Assembly (NCBI RefSeq): GCF_006345805.1
Contig: NC_042999.1
Coordinates: forward strand, 74,152,001 to 74,216,000
From: Octopus sinensis
Taxonomy: Eukaryota
Length of the DNA stretch: 64,000 nt
Direction: 5' to 3'
Shown here piece after piece: positions 29,222 through 40,822 of this stretch. The notes beneath the pieces were generated by a model. It was not told the DNA's origin. It searched no databases and saw only the letters and a list, made by a program, of their open reading frames with translations. Position 1 is the first letter of the stretch, and the number at the start of each line of letters is the position of its first letter. A program made the translations under genes and the position numbers.

Positions 29222-30428
29222 AGGCCTCAAATTTACACCCACACCCACTCCAAATCTCATAGAACTAAAAACTTCAGCCGCCCATTTGAAAATAAAAAAT
29301 CCCATTTCACCCCTTACAAGGGAAGTGACAAACACCTAGATGCATACATAGAGACAATCTCCAAATTCCCTCTCAACACACACAAATGCAAACAGAACCT
29401 TCGCAGAGGAGAAAAACAAGCCTTACAAAAACTAAAAAATGACAAGTCGATCATTATAAAAGAAGCTGACAAAAGTGAAGCAATAGTAATTATGGATACA
29501 GATTACTACAAAAAAAAAGATACTAGAGTTGCTTAACAACCAGACATACTATAAAGAGGAACCAACACCACAGGAGAAAGCAACAATAAAAAAAATTAGA
29601 ACATTAGTCAATGAATACCAGGTCTCCTTTACAGACAAGGAGAAAGACTATCTATGCAACTCAAGAACCAAAGATAGCAACTTTTATGGATTACCTAAAA
29701 TTCATAAAAGCTCTGAAATACAGAGAGCCATAAAGGAACAGAGAAACCACTATATAAGAATACAAAGGCCTGCAGACCTCACAATGAGACCAATAGTGGC
29801 AGGACCCCAGGCATCAACACAACAACTAAGCCACTTCATAGATGTACTCCTCAAACCTTTATGCCCACAGATACTAAGCTACATAAGGGATCACATAGAC
29901 TTCCTCACACACATTCCAAATACAGTTCCAAAAAACACCATACTTGCAAGCTTCGATGTCACAAACTTATACACGAACATACTACACACCCTGGATCTGG
30001 AAGCAATAAACAATAGGTAGAAAAATACAGGGAACTCATAGATAAACGTTTCAAAACAGACTTTATCACCAAAGCCACCCAATTAATACTTGAAGAAAAC
30101 ACATTCTCATTCAACAAGACACACCGACAGATAAAGGGCACGGCTATGGGTACAAAATTCACACCTTCATATGCCAACCTGGTGATGGGTTTCCTTGAGA
30201 ACAAATTATACGATGTAATAGGGAAAGTCTTCGAATACGACTTCAGAGAAGACATCAAGAATAAGTGGAAACACTAATTCAATGACTGCTTCATCTTTTG
30301 GAGCAGATCAGATCTACAAACATTCCACAACATCCTCAACACACTACACCCATCTATCAACTTCACAATAGATACCAGCCACAACGCACTTCCCTTCCTA
30401 GACATCAACATCAAGGTACAGACAATTA
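29222..30428 (+). mobile_element. Penelope-like element RT fragment
   Basis: [45 protein letters not shown] motifs; frameshifts and stops. Confidence 0.88.
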
Positions 30429-31129
30429 ATTATATATACTGGAATATACATGTACATCCATATCCATGGGTACATATACAATGTTCATTACATTACCAAT
30501 ATTATTATTATTATTAATATTAATATTAGATTATGTGCATTCTGCTATTCACAATACATAGTAAATAAAAAATACAACATAGAATATAGTATAATATAAT
30601 ATAATATATAGACAGATGTTTATGAAAGATGCAAGCACATTAATTCAACAATGTCAGTATATTCATATATCATACAGTCAAAATCGAAACTTCAGTCTTA
30701 TTCTGAATACATATAAATATACAACCCATGCTAGCATGGAAAACGGACGCTAAACGATGATGATGATGATACAGGTAACAAACACATGCATATACATACA
30801 CACACATAAACATACACTAATACAAATATAGAATTTTTTTCCCCTTTTCATCATACAAAAGATATATATAGATATATATACATATGTAGAGTTCACAGAA
30901 TAAGAGATAAGCCATTGCGAGTTACGCTTACATTATTATTAATATAATATTTCAGTGGTTTAAAATCTTACGGGGATAGGGGAGAGATTATTTTCAATCC
31001 TAAGCTAAACCTAATTGGTTAACACATTTGAATTTCTTTGTCTTAGTTACGGTTGGTTGATTAAGATACACATACATACATACATACTCACACACATATG
31101 TATATGTACATAAATACATATATACATAC

Positions 31130-31161
<32 letters not shown>

Positions 31162-31179
31162 CCACACAAACACATATCA

Positions 31180-32972
31180 TCATCATCATCATCATCGTTT
31201 AACGTCCGTTTTCCGTACTAGCACGGATTGGACGGTTCGACCGGGGTCTGGTAAGCCATAGAGGCTGCACCAGGCTCCAGTCTGATCTGGCAGTGTTTCT
31301 ACAGCTGGATGCCCTTCCTAACGCCAACCACTCCACGAGTGTAGTGGGTGCTTTTTACATGCCACCTGCACAAGTGCCAGGGGGGGTCTGGCATTGGCCA
31401 CGATCGGTTGGTGCTTTTAACGTGCCACCGGCATGGAAGCCAGCCAAGGCGGCGCTGGTATCGGCCACGTTCAGATGGTGCTTTTTATGTGCCACCGGCA
31501 CAGAAGCCAGTCAAGGCGGCACTGGCATCGGCCACGTTCGGATGGTGCTTTTTATGTGCCACCGGCACAGAAGCCAGTCAAGGCGGCACTGGCATCGGCC
31601 ACGTTCGGATGGTGCTTTTTATGTGCCACTGGCACAGAAGCCAGTCAAGGCGGCACTGGCATCGGCCACGTTCAGATGGTGCTTTTTATGTGCCACCGGC
31701 ACAGAAGCCAGTCAAGGCGGCACTGGCATCGGCCACGTTCGGATGGTGCTTTTTATGTGCCACCGGCACAGAAGCCAGTCGAGACGGCGCTGGCAACAGC
31801 CACGTTCGGATGGTGCTTTTTATGTGCCACCGGCACAGGTATCACAACTACTATTTCCATTGATATTTGTTTCGATGTTCATGTACATGCACTTGACTCA
31901 ACAGGTCTCCTCAAGCACAGCAAGATGTTCTGGGACCCAAGGTACTTTGAATGGGCAGGGGCTATGCGGAACTGGTGCCAGAAGCATCCCGGGTCTTTGC
32001 AGTCACAGCACATCTCCAGGGATCTCAGTCCTTCGCCATTGCCTCAGTGAGGCCCAACGCTCTGAGGTCATGCTTGACTACCTCATCCCATGTCTTCCTG
32101 GGTCTACCTCTCCCCCTGATTCCTTCAACTGTTTGGGAGCAGCACTTCTTCACACATCTCTCCTCATCAATCTGCAGTACATGACCATACCATCGCAGGC
32201 GTCGCTCTTGCACACCACATCTGATGCTTCTTATGTCCAGCATTTCTCTCAGGATGCTTACACTCTGTCGTGCATTCACACTGACATTACACATCCAGCG
32301 GATCATGCTAGCTTCATTTCTTGCAAGTCTACGCATGTCCTCTGCAGTCACGGCCCATGTTTCACTACCGTGAAGCATGGCAGTTCGCACACATGCATCA
32401 TACAATCTACCTTTCACTCTGAGTGAGAGACCCTTTGTCGCCAGTAGGGGTAGGAGCTTTCTAAACTTTGCCCAGGCTATTCGCATTCTAGTGGTGACAC
32501 TCTCTGAGCATCCACCCCCACTACTAACTTGGTCACCCAGGTAGCGGAAACTATCAACTACTTCTAGTTTCTCCCCCTGGAGTGTGATGGAATCTGTTTT
32601 CTGAGTATTTGTGGTGTCTATTGTCCCTAGCATCTGCCGCACATGAAAGCTATCTTATCAGTTAATTTCCCTTTAATGTTGCTGCACCTCTTATGCGTCC
32701 ATAGCTTACACTGGGTGCATCTTATGGAGTTTCTACCTACACCTTTCCTACAGATCGAGCAGGGCCACCTACCCGATGGGGTGTGTGCTAAGTTCGCCTT
32801 TCTGCTCACTATAACTTTGGTCTTTGCTACATTTACTCTAAGGCCCTTTGATTCTAACCCTTGTTTCCAACCCGAAATTTCTTTTCTAGTTCTGGTAGTG
32901 ATTCTGCTATGAGAGCCAGGTCATCAGCATAGAGGAGATCCCAGGGGCAGCCTGTTTTGAATTCCTCTGTTA
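31180..32972 (-). mobile_element. 5'-truncated RTE with expanded 67-bp 3'UTR minisatellite
   Basis: LLYADD, PHD-like finger, RLRWYGHV, GRGRPRKTW; (CAT)n tail at 31180-31196. Confidence 0.9.
31410..31838. repeat. 67-bp tandem repeat, six full units plus a partial
   Basis: GGTGCTTTT starts at 31410, 31477, 31544, 31611, 31678, 31745 and 31812. Confidence 0.95.
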
Positions 32973-33207
32973 TATATATATATATATATATACATAATAA
33001 TAACCAATAAAATAATATTACATTCCATTTAAAGTAAAAACTGCTTGATCTAAGGCCCTTTGATTCTAACCCTTGTTTCCACACCTGAAATTTCTTTTCT
33101 AGTTCTGGTAGTGATTCTGCTATGAGAGCCAGGTCATCAGCATAGAGGAGCTCCCAGGGGCAACCTGTTTTGAATTCCTCTGTTATATATATATATATAT
33201 ATATATA

Positions 33208-33419
33208 CAATAATATGTTACATTACTCGATAGTCAAGATAAAACTCTGAGTTTCAGATGCCGAAGTGGGAATCCATGACATCTCTTCGGTTATCTGGCT
33301 ATTTGAAAACGCTATCGTTTTCAAATAGCCAGATAACCGAAGAGATGTCGTGGATTTCCACTTCGGCATCTGAAACTCAGAGTTTTATCTTAACTATCGA
33401 GTAATGTAACATATTATTG
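33208..33419. repeat. 212-bp near-perfect palindrome (TA|CA...TG|TA), MITE-like
   Basis: Arms CAATAATATGTTACATTACTCG... around AAAACG-CTAT-CGTTTT. Confidence 0.85.
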
Positions 33420-33488
33420 TATAGATAAATTTCCTCTATTTACATAATATTGAGGTCTCTTTCTTTCTTTTGTTATCTTACCGTTTTA

Positions 33489-33526
<38 letters not shown>

Positions 33527-33575
33527 ATAATAACCAATAAAATAATATTACATTCCATTTAAAGTAAAAACTGCT

Positions 33576-34900
33576 TGATCTGTAGAAAAAGTGCAGGTAG
33601 AAACTCTATAAGATGTGCCCAGTGTAAGCTATGGATGCATAAGAGATGCAGCAACATCAAAGGAAGATCAACAGGGAAGATAGCTTTTGTGTGCGGCAGA
33701 TGCACAGGGGAAATATTCACCACAGATGCTCAGAAAACAGATAGCATCAGATGCCAGGGGAAGAAACTAGAAGTAGTTGACAGCTTCCGCTACCTAGATG
33801 ACCAAGTCTGTAGTGGGTTGAGGGTGGATGCTCAGAGAGTTTTACCACTAGAATAAGAATAGCCCGGGCAAAGTTCTGAAAGCTTCAGACCCTACTGGTG
33901 ACAAAGGGTCTCTCACTCAGAGTGAAAGGTAGATTGTACAATACATGTGTGCAAACTGCTATGCTTCATAGCAGTGAAGCATGGGCCATTACTGCTGACG
34001 TCCTGCACAGGCTCAATAGAAATGAAGTTAGCATGATCCACTGGATGTGTAATGTCAGTGTGCACACACGGCAGAGTGTAAGCGCCCTGCAAGAACTGTT
34101 GGACATAAGAAGCATCGAATGTGGCATGCAAGAGCGACGTCTGCGCTGGTATAGTCATGTACTATGGATGGATGAGGAGACCTGTGTGAAGAAGTGCCAC
34201 TCCAAAACAGTGGACGGAACCCATGGTAGAGGGAGACCCAGGAAGACATGAGAGAGATGGTGAAGCATGACCTTCGAACGCTGGGCCTTACAGAGGCAAT
34301 GACGACAGACTGAGACCTCTGGAGATGTGCTGTGACTGAGAAGACTCCACAAATAAAGTGAGATCATAGCTGTAGTCTACACCAGTGTCACATAACCAGC
34401 CCACTCAAAAAGTACCTTTGGATCGTAGGGCAACATGTCGTACTTGAGGAGACCTATTGAGTCAAGTACATCATCAACATCAAGATCAAATCAAACCACA
34501 ATCAAATGGAAATTCTAGTTGTGGCTGATGCCAGCCACCTGTCTGGCTCTCCATGCCAGTGGCACATAAAAAGCACCATCTAAATGTGGTCAATGCCAGC
34601 CCCTTCGCCCCGACTGGCACGTAAAAAGCACCATCCAAATGCAACGAAGAATGCCAGTGCTGTGTTGACTGGCTCCCGTGCCAGTAATACATAAAAGTAT
34701 CAAAGCAGGTCAATGCCAGCCCTCACCTGGCCCCTGTGCCGGTGGCACCCACTACACTCTCAGAGTGGTTGGCATTAGGAAGGGCATCCAGCTGTAGAAA
34801 CACTGCCAGATCAGATTGGGGCCTGGTGCAGCCTCCTGGCTTCCCAGACCCCAGTCGAACTGTCCAACCCATGCTAGCATGGAAAACGTCTGCGCTGGTA
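33576..34900 (+). mobile_element. 5'-truncated RTE copy
   Basis: ORFs 33575-33856 and 33898-34251 carry the same motifs; 3'UTR and tail follow. Confidence 0.85.
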
Positions 34901-35134
34901 TAGTCATGTACTATAGATGGATGAGGAGAGCTTAAATTGAGGTGATGCCCACAGATGCAAGGGCATCTGTGTTTGGAGTAAAAGAACTCCATTTAATTTT
35001 TTAAATGCAATGAAGGCATTTTTGGTGGAATTGTTCTAACAATTTAAAATGCTTTTCATAACATGTTCAGGTTTCACAGGAATACAACATACATGCATAC
35101 ATACATATATACATACACATATATATATGCATAC

Positions 35135-35185
<51 letters not shown>

Positions 35186-35203
35186 CATATATATATATAC
35201 ATA

Positions 35204-35605
35204 GGCGCAGGAGTGGCTGTTTGGTAAGTAGCTTGCTAACCAACCACATGGTTCCGGGTTCAGTCCCACTGCGTGGCATCTTGGGCAAGTGTCTTCTGCT
35301 ATAGCCCCGGGCCGACCAATGCCTTGTGAGTGGATTTGGTAGACGGAAACTGAAAGAAGCCTGTCGTATATATGTATATATATATAAGTGTGTGTGAATA
35401 TGTTTGTGTGTCTGTGTTTGTTCCCCTAGCATTGCTTGACAACCGATGCTGGTGTGTTTACGTCCCCGTCACTTAGCGGTTCGGCAAAAGAGACCGATAG
35501 AATAAGTACTGGGCTTACAAAGAATAAGTCCCGGGGTCGATTTGCTCGACTAAAGGCGGTGCTCCAGCATGGCCGCAGTCAAATGACTGAAACAAGTAAA
35601 AAGAG
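35204..35605 (+). mobile_element. Full-length tRNA-derived SINE family 1 (CORE-like segment, LINE-like tail)
   Basis: A box TGGCTGTTTGG 35214-35224, B box GGTTCAGTCCC 35257-35267, TTGGGCAAGT, tail GGCGGTGCTCCAGCATGGCCGCAGTCAAATGACTGAAAC. Confidence 0.88.
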
Positions 35606-36149
35606 AAAAAAAGAGTATACATACATATATATATACATACATATATATATACATATATATACATACATATATATACATATACATACATATATATACATAT
35701 ACATACATACACATACATATATATATATACATACATACATATATATACATATATATATACATACACACATATACATATATATACATATATATATACATAC
35801 ATATATACATACATTATATAAACATACATATATATACATACATATATATACATATACATACATATACATACATATATATACATATACATACATACACATA
35901 CATATATATATATACATACATATATATACATATATATACATACATATATATACATATATATATACATACACACATATACATATATATATACATACACACA
36001 TATACATATATATATACATACACACATATACATATATATATACATACACACATATACATATATATATACATACACACATATACATATATATATACATACA
36101 CACATATACATATATATATACGTACACACATATACATATATATATACAT

Positions 36150-36200
<51 letters not shown>

Positions 36201-36275
36201 CAGATATACATACATAATAACATACATACATGGTGGTTGTCCACTTCTTATGCAGAGTTTGATCACCTCCTGTAC

Positions 36276-36700
36276 CTACACCTTAGCCCCATCATGGCAG
36301 TTGATGTGGCTTCTTAAACCAGACAGCGTTCTGAAAAAACATCCATTTAGACTGCACATCCGATCTGGACCACGAAGAGCTTCAGATAAGTTCTGCTCTC
36401 TGTGGATCTTAAAATGTCTTTTGAAGCCTCCATTGGATTTACAAACCTTCTAGCATACACTGCATTCAAAGGTGTGCACAGACATATAATCAGAATAGTT
36501 GGTGGAGGTTCATTTACCATGCATTCACAGATGAAATTTGAGTCCAGCAAGAGAAAGGCATGGTCTGTCTCAGACTGTGCACACGAAAAGGTCATTGTCT
36601 TTCACCTTCTCAATTGTAACATTCTGCTTTTTGAGTCTTACACGCGTTATCCTGACCTCTTTAAATGCTTTCATTCTACCCCACACTCTTGTTCGCCATT
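36276..36700 (-). mobile_element. C-terminus of a probable BovB-type RTE ORF with three degenerate C2H2 fingers
   Basis: WRTRVW...FVCTV*DRPCLSLAGLKFHL*MH; [22 protein letters not shown]; [21 protein letters not shown]; stop at 36276-36278. Confidence 0.65.
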
Positions 36701-36919
36701 TATATACATACAAATATATGTATATATACATACATATATATGTATGTATATATACATATATATGTATGTATATACACACACACATATATGTATATATATA
36801 TACATACATATATATGTATGTATATATACATATATATGTATGTATATATACACACACACATATATGTATATATATATACATACATATGTAAATATACATA
36901 CATATGTAAATATACATAG

Positions 36920-37925
36920 AGTGTATGACACATGTGTACGAACAGCCATGCTACATGGCAGTGAAACATGGGCCGTGACTGCTGAGGATATGCATAAGCT
37001 CACAAGAAATGAAACCAATATGCTCCGATGGATGTGTAATGTCAGTGTTCATACTTGACAGAGTGTAAGTACCTTGAGAGAAAAGTTGGACCTAAGAAGC
37101 ATCAGTTGTGTGCAAGAGAGACGATTGCTGGTATGGTCATGTGGCGAGAATGGATGAAGATAGTTGTGTGAAAAAGTGCCACACCCTAGCGGTTGAGGGA
37201 ACCTGTGGAAGAGGTAGACCCAGGAAAACCTGGGACGAGGTGGTGAAGCACGACCTTCGAACATTAGGTCTCACTGAGACAATGACTAGTGACCGAGACC
37301 TTTGGAAGTATGCTGTGCGTGAGAAGACCTAGCAGGACAAGTGAGACCATAACTCGTGGCCTCTACCTGGGATGTAGCCAGCCCACTTATGCATACCTTT
37401 CCTTCTTGGGACACAAAACTCTGCTTGCAAAGACCTGTTAAGGCAAGTGAAATCGAAATCGAAATCGCTCAAAAATCAATGGAAATTGTAGTTGTGATAC
37501 CAAAGCCGGTGGCACGTAATAGTACCATCCGAATGTGGCCATTGCCAGCGCCACCCCGACTGGCAGCCGTGCCGGTGGCATGTAAAAAGCACCAACCGAT
37601 CATGGCATTTGCCAGCCTCGCCTGGCACCTGAACCATACAAACGTGGCCGTTGCCAGCGCCGCCCCAACTGGCCTCCATGCCGGTGGCACGTAAAAAGTA
37701 CCAACCGATCGTGGCTGTGGCCAGCCTCGCCTGGCACCTGTGCCAGTGGCACATAAAAAGCACCCACTACACTCACAGAGTGGTTGGCATTAGGAAGGAC
37801 ATCCAGCTGTAGAAACACAGCCAGATCAGACTGGGCCTGGTGCAGCCTCCAGTCTTCCCAGACCCCAGTCGAACCATCCAACCCATGCTAGCATGGAAAG
37901 CAGACGTTAAACAATGATGATGATG
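36920..37925 (+). mobile_element. RTE 3' portion
   Basis: [26 protein letters not shown], 3'UTR repeats, (GAT)n tail. Confidence 0.88.
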
Positions 37926-37953
37926 TATGTATATATACATACATATGTATCTA

Positions 37954-38008
<55 letters not shown>

Positions 38009-38100
38009 AGTAAAATTTAGATTCAGATGAATATGGTACTTAAGTTGAAGGCACCAGAATTCTGTATGGTATTATCCATATAATTTAAAATAAATGATTC

Positions 38101-38268
38101 TAATCAAAATAAGCAACAAGGATATCCAGAGGTAATTCAGTACGATCGTTTTATGCGACTCCATTTAACTGAACAATGCAAACATTACATCAATCTAAAA
38201 TTAAATGGAGTCGCATGAAACGATCGTACTACATTACCTCTGGATATCCTTGTTGCTTATTTTGATTA
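38101..38268. repeat. Hairpin with ~68-bp arms and ~32-nt loop
   Basis: TAATCAAAATAAGCAACAAGGATATCCAGAGGTAAT... and its reverse complement. Confidence 0.85.
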
Positions 38269-38341
38269 TATATGTGTATATATACATACATGTATATATA
38301 CATATACACACATACATATATACATATCCACACATACATAC

Positions 38342-38384
<43 letters not shown>

Positions 38385-38775
38385 CCAGAGCAACAAGCTG
38401 GCCTCCTTGCCGAATGGTAAAAATACCATTCGAGCGTGATCGTTACCTGCGTCACCTTACTAGCACTTGTGGTGGTGGCACGTGAAAAAACATTTGAGCA
38501 AGGTCGTTGCCAGTGCCATTGGACTGGCTCCTGTGCAGGTGTCACATAAAAAGCACCATTTGAGCATGGCCGTTGCCAGTACCGCCTGCCTGGCCCTCGT
38601 GCCGGTGGCACGTAAAAGTACCCACTAGACTCTCAGAGTGGCTGGCGTTAGGAAGGGCATCCAGCTATAGAAACTCTGCCAGATAAGATTGGAGTCTGGT
38701 GCAGCCATCTGGTCCGCCAGACCTCAGTCAAATTGTCCAACCCATGCTAGCATGGAAAGCGGATGTTAAACGATT
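38385..38775 (+). mobile_element. RTE 3'UTR fragment
   Basis: Family repeats and tail ending gttaaacgat + (TA)n. Confidence 0.8.
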
Positions 38776-38951
38776 ATATATATATATATATATACACATA
38801 CATATACATATATATACACATATACATACATATACATATATATACACATATACATATATATACATATACATATATATACATATACATATATATACACATA
38901 TACATATATATACATATATACATATACACATATACATATATATACACATAC

Positions 38952-38998
<47 letters not shown>

Positions 38999-39055
38999 CA
39001 TACATATACATATATACATACATATACATACATATATATATATACATACATATAC

Positions 39056-39088
<33 letters not shown>

Positions 39089-39100
39089 CATACATATATA

Positions 39101-40072
39101 AAACTTAGATAAAACTTAGATATGTTTCGACAAGTTTTGTTTATGGTCCATTCAAATAATGAGTTTTTGTTGGGTGAGTTGTATCCAATTATGGGTGGCT
39201 TATCTGGTATTCCTTGAAGGAATCTATCCAGACTCCGTTTAAAGTTGATGGGATCCTTTTCCTCTTTGATCTCTTTCGGGACAATGTTAAATAGGGCAGG
39301 GCCTGTTGAGGAAAAGAAATTATGTTGCAGTGTACATGTATGCTGTGATCTTGAATTGGGCAGGAGACGTATGGCCCGTGGTCCCAGTCTTGGATGACCC
39401 TTGAAGCTAATGTTCAGGTCGTCTGGGCAAAGTTGGCGGTATATTCTCCACATCGTACAAATGATGTACCGCTCACGGCAACGCTGGAGAGAGTAGAATT
39501 TCAAGGCTTTAAGGCGATCCCAATAATCGTGAGCAGCCATGACTTCAATTCATTTAGTGTGTGCCCTCTGGGGTGATTCAATCCTCGAGATGTTTTGTCT
39601 TGTATGGGGAGACCACAGTGTGGCCGTACAAAGGAGGAGAAAAGTGGTATGATGACACCTTGTTCTCTGGACTGGAAAGTTCTTAAGATCCAGGAACTCA
39701 TCCTACAAGCTATATGGACCTTATTGTTGATGTGTGCACTCCAACTGAGATTGTCATCAACAATTACACCCAGGTCTCTGATATTGTTAGAGGCTGTGAG
39801 CGGTTTCCCTGAAGAAAGAGAGTATGGCTGTTTTAGTGAGGAATTTCTTCCAAAATGCATCAGCTCAAATTTTCCCTCGTTCAGTTGCATTTTGTTTCTG
39901 TCTGCCCATTGACTCACAGCATATAGATCAGACTGGAGTTGAGTTTGGTCTGCTTCTTCATTGATGATTTGCTGGAGCTTAGTATCATCAGCAAATATTT
40001 TCACTTTGCAGTAATGTACGACACTGGAAAGGTCGTTTATGTAAATTATAAAGAGTAGCGGCCCCAAGACAG
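39101..40072 (-). mobile_element. 5'-truncated copy of LINE family A
   Basis: Near-identical to ~3524-4592 (RT C-terminus); small deletion near 39620, shortened 3'UTR, duplicated TATCTAAGTTT tail; microsatellite on both sides. Confidence 0.92.
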
Positions 40073-40079
40073 TACATAC

Positions 40080-40114
<35 letters not shown>

Positions 40115-40694
40115 CATATATAAATAGGAAAAAAGCAACAAGAATGGAATATATATGAATATATACATATATATTATACATATATATACATATATTATAT
40201 ATATACATATATATATATACATATATATATATACATATATATATATACATATATATATATACATATATATATATTACATACATATATATACATATATACA
40301 TATATATACATATATATATATTACATACATATATATACATATATACATATATATACATATATACATATATATACATATATATATATATATACATACATAT
40401 AAATATATATATATACATACATATACATATATATATATACATACATATATATATATACATATACATATATATATATACACATACATATATATATATACAT
40501 ACATATATATATATACACATACATATACATATATATATATACATACATATATATATATATATACATACATAGATATATATACATATATATATATATACAT
40601 ACATATACATATATATACATATACATACATATATATACATATACATACATATATATACATATATATATATATACACATATATACACATATATAC

Positions 40695-40729
<35 letters not shown>

Positions 40730-40822
40730 CATACATATACATATATATATATACATACATATACATACATATATACATACATATAATACATACATATACA
40801 TATACATACATATATATACATA

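Noticed and set aside
31410-31838. CRISPR-like regular array
   Set aside because: Units are contiguous with no unique spacers, there are no cas genes, and the array lies in a LINE 3'UTR.
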